Shown: in pieces, positions 53,266-64,000 of the stretch | Layout: each line of letters opens with the position of its first letter | Position numbering within the stretch: the first letter of the stretch is position 1 | NCBI RefSeq assembly: GCF_006345805.1 | Contig: NC_042998.1 | Location: 112,034,001 to 112,098,000, forward strand | DNA from: Octopus sinensis | Taxonomy: Eukaryota | Reading direction: 5' to 3' | Length of the DNA: 64,000 nt | Notes under the pieces: model-generated | The model's database searches: none | What the model was told of the DNA's origin: nothing | Seen by the model: only the letters and a program-made list of their open reading frames with translations | Translations under genes and position numbers: made by a program

Positions 53266-54734
53266 GCGTGTCTCCTTAACGACGTTGTAAAAATGTCCAT
53301 GGCGCACTAACACTTAACATCGATTCCAAGTAGAGAAACGTTTGTCACCGCCATATTGAAACGTGACATCTAAGATGAGAGGACAATTATGAAATGGTCG
53401 AATGATAAAAACTTTATAATAGATTGGATTAAAGAAGATTTATTCATCGACATACGTGTTACTTATAATAAATATCGCAAATATCGACGTTTTGTTACAT
53501 GTCCGACGAATCCTATTTTGTTATAGCATAAACCGAGACAATTATATCTCACCTGTAAAATATAGGTCGTGTAACTAGTCAAAAGAAGCCTCATTAGTTA
53601 ATGTCGCAGCATGGCAATATATACACAGCTTCTTTGTATCACCAGAAACTAGAATCTTCTTTTCTGCATTATTTCTTTCACATAAAATTTTTGCCAGAGC
53701 TCTCACTAATTCTTAATTAGTTATAAAGCACGCTCAATGTAAAATATTTCGTTTAGATGAATTAAGATGTGTCCAGTGAAGTTGGCGTGAGCCTACTTTA
53801 CTTACACTTTACTTACACATACTCACACACACAGACACACACACGCACACACATATATATGCATATATACATACATGTACATGCACACACACACACACAC
53901 ACCACACACACACACACACACAGGCCATTCAAAACATAAAAAGTATTCTCACTTCGTCTAATTATTAATAGTACAGACATAGTGTGTGTGTGTATGTATG
54001 TATGTGTGTATGTATGTGTGTATGTGTGAATGTATGTATGTATGTATGTATGTATGTATGTGTGTATGTATGTGTGTCTGTATGAATGTATGTATGTATG
54101 TGTGTATGTATGTATGTATTTACCTGTTGCAACACATACAAGGATATATGCAAATACACGGTCAGAGGTTCAAAGTATTTGACACACAGACAAATAAGTA
54201 AACATACTATACACAAAACTATATAAAAAAAGCGTGCACACACACACATACACATACATGCTCTCACACACATACACACATACGCACGCACACACATATG
54301 CGCGCGTCCACTCAGACAGGCGTCCACACGCGTACAGAAGAAATACCCACACACACATATAGAGGTGAAACACACTGAGATGTTTATGTAAGTCGGCACA
54401 TGCAATGAATATTTCGTTATACCCACACCGCACATATACAAAGACACAGGCACACATACAAACATTCGGAAATACGCACAGACAAGCACACACATCGAGC
54501 CAACGTGGAGGCTTCTACGTAGCCATTTGATCTACTAAATGTCGCAACCAATTTTCCCTGAATTATGCTCTACTGCTAGAAACGAATACATTGGATAACG
54601 TAGTGCGAAGTAACCATAAGAAGACTGTTTGCTCATGATTGGAATGCCTTTGATCGCTTGTCCGCTTGGTCAGGTTTGACCTAGGGATAAACACTACATA
54701 GATAACTACAACTGACACTCCGCCGGTTACAACG

Positions 54735-54990
54735 AGGAAGATTCCAGTTGATCCGATCAACGGAACAGCCTGCTCGTGAAATCAAGGTGCAAGCGACTGA
54801 GCACTCTACACACACACGTTCCCTTAATGTAAGCCTTTTGAAATACTGGTACTTCTCATTTTTGCCAGCTGAGTAGACTAGAACAACGTGAAATAAAGTG
54901 TCTTGCTCAAGGACACAACCGCACCACAGGTTTTTGAACTCACGACGATCGTGAGTCGAACACCCTAACCACTAAGCCAGGCGCCTTCAC
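54735..54990 (-). mobile_element. tRNA-headed SINE, family C
   Basis: The minus strand reads ggcttagtggttagggtgttcgactcacga...gagttcaa, then ttgagcaagacactttatttcacgttg...cagctggcaaaaatgag. Related copies lie at about 24490-24714 (-) and 9595-9752 (-). Confidence 0.8.
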
Positions 54991-55089
54991 TACAAAGATA
55001 TATATACACGCACACACACTCAAGTATACACACACTCGCACACACGCATACACGCTCGTATGCTTCAATACACTCACACACAGAAGAAC

Positions 55090-56148
55090 TTTTTAAAAAA
55101 TGTCTACACTGATGTAGCCTTACATGCTAAAAGATATAAACAATTTGTGGAGAAATAAAAAATTGAGAAATTAAAGAACGAAACATTTTGGAGTCTCAAC
55201 CAGTTAGACAGGGTCACTCTCGATACACCAATAGTGGAAATTTCTATATATTCCCGTAACATCATACAAAGGTATAGACTTTGTCGGCAAAGACACCAAA
55301 TGAATATGAGAACTATGTGAAAAAACTGTACGCAAAAGACCTACTTCTCAACTTAATTCAGATAGGAGGTCATACAACAATCGTCGCGACGGACGAACGA
55401 TGCGCTCCAAACAGAAATACAACTGAATAAGATTATTACTGCAGAGTTTTTAGCGGTGTGTCTCGAGATTTGGTAGGTGCTTCTGTATGCTGTACCATGC
55501 CGCAACAGCGACACACCCGAGGAATGTATCCAGAAGGTAGTCAATCCTATCAGAATTCCCTATGTAAATAGTGACCTGTGGCAACCCTAATTCAGCATGG
55601 AACAGTGGAACCACAGCGTAGAATTTGTCAACTCAGAAGATGGAACCCGTACACAAATTGGAAACAGATGGAACAGCCTCAAAAAAGAAAAAAAAAGAGA
55701 CTTCAAATAAACGGCGCTGTGATACACATAACTCCGTAAATTTATGTGACAGTGCAGAAACGAAAATTCTGATTTGCTTCAGAAAATATTGCGGAGCATC
55801 AACTTTCAGATTTCTTAAGTTCACTTGTTTTTTGTTTCCTTTCCTCATCGTTACAAAAAAAGGTTACACTTTAAATATTAAATTCTCGCAAAATAACAAA
55901 TAATCAAAATAAAAAATAAAAATGTTGAGTGGAAAATGTCTCCAAAAACAAAAGCAAACAGGAAGTGAATATACAAGTTCGGACTTCAGGCGTGTCGAAA
56001 ATGACCGCATCTGACTGGTTAAAATTCCCCCAAATGTCCATCTTTAAAAGCTTATAACAACTTTTTTGCTTTTAATTTTTCCAAAAAAATAATCATGATT
56101 TTCCTACGTTGCATGAAAAACTACATCAGTGTAGATATTTTCCAAAAA
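55090..56148 (+). mobile_element. Merlin (IS1595/IS1016-like) DNA transposon relic with terminal inverted repeats
   Basis: A 38-bp inverted repeat 55090-55127 / 56111-56148 (32/38 matches, with a 15-bp perfect core tctacactgatgtag) encloses Merlin-type transposase fragments. Confidence 0.75.
55302..55686 (+). pseudogene. Decayed DDE_Tnp_IS1595 (Merlin) transposase
   Basis: Fragments LLLNLIQIGGHTTIVATDE, VFSGVSRD, GRCF, AVPCRNSDT, SDLW and WNHSVEFVNSEDGTRTQIGNRWNSLKK align by eye to the Merlin pattern IGG..IVEIDE / WVFGGVER..GRCF / SD.W..Y / VNHS..FVDP..G.HTQ.IE..W...K. Frameshifted. Confidence 0.75.
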
Positions 56149-56260
56149 CATTGGATCTACAGCGTGCAAGCGAAAAGATATACGCACATGCTCTCAGGCA
56201 CATATACGTATACATACTCACACACACACGCTGTATACCCTAACAGGTATATACACACAC

Positions 56261-56430
56261 TTCGTCTGCCGTTACGTTGTGAGTTCAAATTTCGCCAAGG
56301 TCGACTTTGCCTTTCATCCTTTCGGGGTCGATAAATTAAGTACCAGTTACACACTGGGGTCGATAATACCTATGTCTGTCCTTGTCTGTCCCCTCTATGT
56401 TTAGTCCCTTGTGGGTAGTAACGAAATAGG
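56261..56430 (+). mobile_element. SINE family B, 5'-truncated
   Basis: ttcgtctgccgttacgttgtgagttcaaatttcgccaaggtcgactttgcctttcatcctttcggggtcgat...gtgggtagtaacgaaata. Confidence 0.9.
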
Positions 56431-56900
56431 TATATACACACACTCACCTAGACCCAATACGCCCTCACAGGTACATGCACGCACATTCAGCATGCACATT
56501 GACAGACACACGCACGTACACAAACACATGCGCGTGCACATTCACACGCACACATACACATATACAAACAAACACACACCCACAACACAAACACACACAC
56601 ACACACACTGTCTTGGATAAAGTTCGTTAACGTTAGCTACAATCAGCTCCTAGCCTCACACCTGTGAAACATTTACGTATTTACGCAGTTGTTGTTGATT
56701 CGTTCATTTATTTATTTATTTGATCTTCGCTCATTCTTTTGAACTTTCACTCATTCATTCATTCCATTTTTCATTCCTAATCTTTACCTTTCCATTGTTA
56801 TCTTTCTAAAAATTCTCCACTCCCCCACCTCATGCATCCCCCCTTTTCTTAACTAATCAATCATTTATTCATTCATTGAGGCATGAGTCGGTAAACAGAA

Positions 56901-56956
<56 letters not shown>

Positions 56957-57199
56957 GTTTTTCTCTTACACCTTTATTATGCTGTTTGCATATTTGTTTG
57001 TTTGTGTACATATGTGTGTGTGTGTGTGTGAGAGAGGGTGAGTGTGTAAGTGCATCCGTGCACCTGTGTGTATGCATGGATGTGCTTGCATGTCTGTATA
57101 CGGGCAACTATGTATGTACGCTCGCGTGTGTGAGTGTGTGTGTGTGTGTGTATGTATATATATCTATCTATCTATCTATCCATCTATATATATATGTAT

Positions 57200-57291
<92 letters not shown>

Positions 57292-58072
57292 CATAGGTAG
57301 ATAGATAGGCAGGTAAGTATACATGTGTTAATGTATTTTAGTGTGTGCGTCTGTGTTTGTGTGCATGAGAAAGAGGAGAGGGGGAGAAAGGTGAGAGAGA
57401 TAGAAGCGGGTGGCAAATAAACTTGTATTGTTTCTAAGGTATGAAGTAAGATTAAGTCAAATGATTAAACCACCAACAAGCTGACACGTGCCCAATTATC
57501 AGAAGATAAAAGAAGAGTCAAAGTGCTTTAAAAAAAAAAAAAAAAAATAAAACAAAAAACAGACAAAATACAAAATAAAACAAAATAATAAAACATTATA
57601 ATAATAATAACAACAACAACAATAATGCAATTGAAAAGGGGATAAAAATCATAAAAGGAAAATATCCTAATCAATTACTGCGCACCACAGCAACCACAAT
57701 AGCATCAACTATTCGTAATTAAATGTAAAAAAAAAACAATAAAAAATAACTTTTTTTATTTCAGTTTTTGTTTTGGTGAGAGGCTTTTGTTCAGTTCTTA
57801 TTGTATGTTAGTTGAGTTTAAGTGGTCAACTTAAATCATTTAATGTTACCCCGAACTTGAATGCAAGATTCGATTTCTTGTACTAATCTTGACAGCCAAG
57901 TGTCTCGCTTGAGGCCTTTTGTTTTTATCTTTTTAAATCATCGTGGGAACGAGAAGTAACTTTTGATAAAGCAGCTAGGAAAAGAAAGCCTTTCACTAGA
58001 CGAACTAAAGTATTAAACAAAGACACGCACTCATATGCATAAATATAGACATACATGCACACATACACACAC

Positions 58073-58149
<77 letters not shown>

Positions 58150-59084
58150 TATATATTCACAAGCAAGAACGAATGCACGCAGATAAGCACTTATGTATTC
58201 ACACATTAAAACATAAACATATAATCACACCCAAATATACTTATCCGCGTAGATTACACATATATATATATACATATAAACATACATGCATGCACTCATA
58301 CATACATACATACATACATACATACATACGTACGTACATACATACATACATACATACATACACATTCTCATATATATGTGTATACATACCCCCCCCCACA
58401 CACACACACCACGTGTATGTACCCATATATTTATATACAGATATACAAATAAACAATTTATATGCAGCAATATGCATGTACACATAAAAATAAACGTAGG
58501 GACATACATACGTACATAAGAGGTACACATATATTTACACAAACATGTACATTCAAGCGTATATGCATCCATATATACTTACATATATACCTGCATAGAT
58601 ATATGCATACAAACTTACATGATTTGCCATCACTCGCAAGCGAATATTATCAAATAGCTCATACCACGCTTTCGTTAATTGCTTTAGATTGCTTTAGGTG
58701 CCCATAGACACCTCCAGGTCCTTCCACATTTGAGCCAGTCGAACATTGTTGATGTGGAATCTAGAGGTAGAGTGGGCTTCACACATCGTTTAACGCTGTC
58801 CAAGCCCATTCATTTTCAGCTGAGTACTTTGCTCAAAAGAACAGTGCACCACCCGCTCCAGAAATCAAACCATCAACCTTATGAGCATGCACCAACTCAC
58901 TCATATGCATACATAAATACATACATATGGGAATCAGATGCTCCTGGACATGAAAGTGGTTAAGCAAATATAGCAGAAAGAGAACACCTATGACCATTTA
59001 GTATTGAGTCAAAACTTTTGCAATATTTTGGTAACTTATTAGCTTTATTCATCTTGTTACAACAAAAGCAGTTAAATATGCAAA

Positions 59085-59297
59085 ATAGAGGCCATCGTGC
59101 AGCACCTTTTGAAGCTATCTTTCATTCCATGCTGATAACAGTTCTTGTCCTTCGAGGCGAAGAACTACTTCACTGAAGCTTCCATCTCCTCTTGCTTGAT
59201 GAGAAAACGCAGGAAGAGAGGACAAGAACTGGTATCAGCGTGGAATCAAAAGCTGACAGAAAGATAGCTTCAGACGGTGCAACACGATGGCCTCTAT
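59085..59297. repeat. Imperfect long inverted repeat (67/79-bp arms, 67-bp loop)
   Basis: atagaggccatcgtg..gcacc...tgaagctatctttc-attcca.gctgata.cagttcttgtcct pairs with 59219-59297. The right arm has a 12-nt insertion. Confidence 0.85.
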
Positions 59298-59765
59298 GAA
59301 TGCTAGGCTCTTTTTGTTGTAACTTGACGAATAAAGCAAATAAGTTACGAAAATGTTGCAAAACTTTTGACTCGACCCATTATATGGAGTTTGCAAATCC
59401 AGTGCTTAAGATACACTTTCGGTTTCATGCCAGCTATATGACTAGAGGAACAGCATATGTACCAAGACGCCATGAGCAAAGTATGGCTAAGCTTGGATTC
59501 TTGGGAAGGAAATGCATCCCATTAATTCATACGCTACAAATGATCGCGATATCTGGGACAATAAAAATATACAGGACCTTAAGATTTAAAGGATGATGAA
59601 TAAAACAAAATGCTTTCCTTCGCAACCTTGCTACCAAGCAGGAAGCAGGTCAAAATTAACATACCCCCATACACACACACGTATACATACATACATGCAT
59701 ACATACATACATACATACATACATACATACATACATACATACATACATACATACGTACATACATA

Positions 59766-60952
59766 TCGTTCGTACTGCAGAAAACAAATGGTTATATGCT
59801 AAGATTTTCAACTGTCAGAAATATCAATGCAACTCATAATTTCTTTAGAGTCGAGCTGCAGATTTACGCTAAAAGTGTTAACGATGCCAAAAAGCAACTG
59901 GAATTAACAGCAACATTTTCAGCTGATATAGGCATGGAATTTAGCCAAAAGAAATGTTCATATTTTGTTGTAGAACGAAGAAAGTCAGCCCCCACAAACT
60001 CAAAACCTGTGCATCAACGGTCTCTCTATCTCCCCTATTCCACACAGAATGTTACAATTACGTAGGCATAGACGAAAATGTATCATATGAAGGCACTGTG
60101 AATAAAGATAGAGTGACCCGAGAATATTACACCATACCTAGGAAAATATGGCAGTCGGAACTCTCCTCTAACAACAAAACTATATCCCACAATGAATTTG
60201 CAGTACCAGTGCTGATCCCAATATTTGGGATACTTGGGTGGTCTGTAGAGGAAATCTAATCCATAGATATCAAAATCTGCAAAATCTTGACAACAACTGG
60301 GAACTTCCACAGAAACAGTGATGTTGACAGGCTCTACTTAAGAAGAAATGAAGGTGGTATAGGCCTGAGATCAGTGCATACGGCGTTTGAATGCCGTATA
60401 GTATACTCAGGCAGCATCTGCTAAACAACAGCAGAAAAAAATAAATATATTAATGTAGTCCTGAAAAGTGAAGTGAGCAACATTGTACGAGTTGGCATTG
60501 AACTCCAAAGAAACACTCACTTCCTGACGATCTCCTATATAGCCCCAAAACAGCTAGTCTCTCTTACCTCAGACAAGACCTGGATGGAAAGCACTCAGCA
60601 TACAAAAAAAAAAGATTTTGCATGGACAACTGCTTGGAAACCTCCAGTTTCTATAGCCAGGCTATGAATTCATATTCATACCAATAATAACTGGAGCTCT
60701 AGCTATTGTTAGTAAATGCTTACAGGAGAATCTGGATAAACTGGGGTTTTCAGAAAGAGAAATTGACCGGCTGATTCGTACATTACAAGTGCAATCTGTG
60801 AGTGGAACAGTAAATATATGCAAGACTTTTCTCAATTTCCAAATGTGAATTTGTCTGTGTTAACTACAGCTCAAAAATGGAGCCTTGCACCTTTGTTGGA
60901 AACCGGCTCCCTCCTCAGTGGGAGATTTATAATAATTAAAAGGTAGAAGAAA
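59766..60952 (+). mobile_element. R4/Dong-like (RLE-type) non-LTR retrotransposon, 5'-truncated and decayed
   Basis: THNFFRVELQIYAKS (degenerate HLLYMDDLKLYAK), IGMEFSQKKC, YNYVGI, SDVDRLYLRRNEGGIGL and the C-terminal IPIITGALAIVSKCL...LDKLG...QSVSGTVNICK are typical of R4-clade ORFs. Flanked by (CATA)n on both sides. Confidence 0.75.
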
Positions 60953-60990
60953 CATACATACATAAAACATACAAATCTGCACATACATAT

Positions 60991-61021
<31 letters not shown>

Positions 61022-61080
61022 CATACATACATACATACATACATACATACATACATACTACATACATACATACATACATA

Positions 61081-61186
61081 AATACTGTTGTTGAGGTTGA
61101 AATTCCAATGAAGGAGCCTTGGATCTAGGTTAGAAACCGGTTCTTTCTCTATTGGCAAGAAATCTTGAAATAAACTAAAACAATGA
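61081..61186 (+). mobile_element. ~106-bp element sharing the 3'-UTR motif of the R4-like LINE, within (CATA)n
   Basis: GGAGCCTTG-N11-GAAACCGG (61113-61140) has the same spacing as in the LINE 3' UTR (60879-60906). AATAAA at 61169-74, with (CATA)n on both sides. Confidence 0.65.
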
Positions 61187-62831
61187 CATACATGCATGCA
61201 TACATACATGCATACATACATACATACATACATGCATACATACATACATACATACATACATACATACATACAGACATGCATGTATGCATACATACATACA
61301 TACATACATACATACATACATACATACATACATACATACATACATACATACATACATGCATGCATACATATATTCATGGTAGCTGTCAACTCGTAAACGA
61401 GCATGACCATCACTAGCAAGATGTTAAATACAATGCCTGTCATCAATGCCGTTGCTGAAATTTAAAGTTTCCATCTAAGACTCTCGCCAAGTTCAGAAAC
61501 GAGCAAGAGTAAGATCTCTGGCTTCGCAAAAGACAAGTTGCTATCTATCGCTGAGGAACCACACCCATACCGAAACAACGTTGTCACTTAGTGTGTTGTT
61601 TGCAGACATTGTCTAGAATTCGTTCTCCGAGACAAAGTTCAATAGCAAAAATCCATGTTCTTGTTCGAGTCTGCTGAAACCTGTAAGAATAAACATTCAC
61701 GGCATCCTCACTAATTTGATTACCTGTAATAATTTAAGTTGAGGTGAAATTTTGATTTAAATTTTAGTGACACTTTGTGTGATTTCTTTATAGGTTGATT
61801 TACACTCAGAATGGCTATAAGTATAATTCTAAACTTTGTTCTATTTCTTATTGATCTCCGACAGACGTAGCGGTTCTCTATAAAAAAAAGGTGTTTCTGG
61901 TTCAATAAGCTTTATTCTAATTTTAACTATAAGCATTGGTCTGCTTGCGGAAACATATATAGTCGAGAGTGTTAAATGTAATTTTCTCTCTGTGGATGTT
62001 TGGTATAAGATGAGAAGAACAGTTTGAGCGATTAAACAATGTTAATGCTGGAACTGAACATTTTACTCTGCGGAGATCTTTGTTAAATGAATTGTACTTC
62101 GAATATGTAATTTGCACAACTTTTCATTTTTTTCATTTTTATTTTCTTCTGTTTTATAAATAAACCAGCAATTTAATCTAACTTTGAAAAACAAACTGGT
62201 TACACCACAGGCATTATCTCTCTGTGAGGAGCAAATGAGATATCAATCAAACTAGTCTTGTTATATTTTCATCAGTAAATAAATAACCATCTTCCCAACA
62301 CTAAAACCAGTTTCAGCTATCTATTTTTATCTGTTCATAGCGGTAAAATCCCTGATGCAATTATTTTGTTTACTTCTCACAGCGAAACTAAACTGTTTGT
62401 TTATTCTAAAATATAGGTGTACCTCATATTACAAATTATCCCTACTACAAAAGCTCAGCTGTGACCTGTGACTACATGCACTGCCATGAACATTAGACAC
62501 ACCGCTTTAGCTCCCTCTTTCTCTCCTCTCATCCCCCCTCTCTCTCTCTGTCTATTTGTCTATCTTCCCCCCTCTCTCACACAATGTTTGTATAATCAAA
62601 TAATCTCTCTGTGTGCAAGACTTCCACTCAGTTTCTATTTACCAAACTTCCCTAAATGTGATTTGGTTCAGTGGATGCTATGTTAGAAAACATTTGACAA
62701 ATATATGCGCAATAGGATTGAACCCGAAACCATGAATTATGCGTTTTTTGGTGCCAGTGTGCTGTATGTGTGAACGTGTGTAAATGATTTCAGCTGCGTC
62801 CAAATGTGGTATGTATATGTTGTGGTCTATC

Positions 62832-62938
<107 letters not shown>

Positions 62939-64000
62939 ATTTGTCTGTCTGTCTGTCTATTTGTCTGTCTGTATTGTGTATTCTGTAGTGCGTGTAATGT
63001 GTCATGTATGGATGATGTGGGTCTATGTGTAGTTTGTGTTTGAGGTGCAATATACGTGTGTGTTTATATATGTGTGTGCGTATGAAGCGTATATATGTGT
63101 GATGTGTATTTGTATGATGTGCATGAATGTGTAAGATGGCCATGCAAGTGTAAGGTGTATGTGCAGTCTGCGTGATATCAAATGTATGCCTATATTTATG
63201 CATTTATGCGTTTATCTATGAATATCTATATGTGTCGTATTTGTGAGGTATGTTTGCACATGTACGCGATATACAATATATGCGTGTATGTTTATGTAAA
63301 CTGGATGTATGTGTGTTGTGCATGTACGTGTGTATATATGCATAAGCATATGTCTGTATGGATATATATGAGTGCACCAACATGCGTATATGTATATGTG
63401 TTTATGTGTGTGGGGGTGAATGTGAGGTATGTGGAATGAAAGATTATACTAATCCTCTTCCAAGTGACTTGAAGTCAACGAATCTTCTTAAAGTGTCGGT
63501 TAAATAATAAAGTAGATGCTGTTGTGATTAGATTACTGCGGATGAAGAAGACAGAGTTGCTGTGAGGGAGACGTTGAGGGGTATACTGGGGTGTATTTAG
63601 AGGTCTCACTGATAGACGGGTATAATTGACAGCACAATGGTTGTAGCCATGGCAGAATGTTTATCAAATGGTCTACAAGTTGTAGTGTTTAGGTTATTTC
63701 TTTTCTTTCTTTCCTTAGTTATTTTTATGTCGCAAATTGTAAACTATAGGTTTGCAACATACCAATCACTTGTTTGCAGTTATTGCTATTATTTAATCAC
63801 AGGTCACTTATGGACGAAGCCTTTTGCTAAAGGTATATTCTGACCGTGACCATTCCGCCTGTAATTCTTTTACGACTCGTCTCCTCGCCAACGAAGATTA
63901 ATAAGTTGCTCCCTGATCTTCCACGCTGAAGCAGCAATAAGAAATAGTGGTGATGTCTCTCTAGAATGGATAAAAGCAGCAAGTCCATATACTTCTGTTC

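Noticed and set aside
59300-59596. Extension of the R4-like element upstream (YVPRRHEQ-like fragment)
   Set aside because: The resemblance to the R4 C-terminal region is weak and the order would be scrambled relative to the RT.
61551-61590. Hammerhead-like CTGAGGA...GAAACAACGTTGTC
   Set aside because: The core and a palindromic stem III with GUC are present, but neither stem I nor stem II can pair. At best a decayed relic.

Overview
AT-rich, extremely microsatellite-dense animal genomic DNA. The repeat families and the (TA)/(CA)/(CATA)/(GATA) density look most like an Octopus (coleoid cephalopod) genome; this is inferred from pattern recognition, not from a database search. Nearly all ORFs in the supplied track are microsatellite translation artefacts. 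Host coding content that can be supported is one small spliced + strand gene for a divergent helix-loop-helix protein with no recognisable basic region (exons 28654-28833, 30835-30910 and probably 39449-39558). The rest is a mobile-element landscape: several tRNA-headed SINE families (labelled A-D here), a CR1/L2-type RT relic, two tandem Tx1/L1-clade LINEs inside a (GATA)n tract, an R4/Dong-like LINE plus ~100-bp derivatives inside (CATA)n tracts, a decayed Merlin (IS1595-like) DNA transposon with TIRs, and foldback elements. The most striking structure is at 51.5-52.5 kb: a 502-bp spacer-less palindrome with one mismatch. It carries a minimal type I hammerhead ribozyme motif on each strand. 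A third, different hammerhead lies about 250 nt downstream on the minus strand, and all three sit in Penelope-like terminal fragments bounded by (TA)n.
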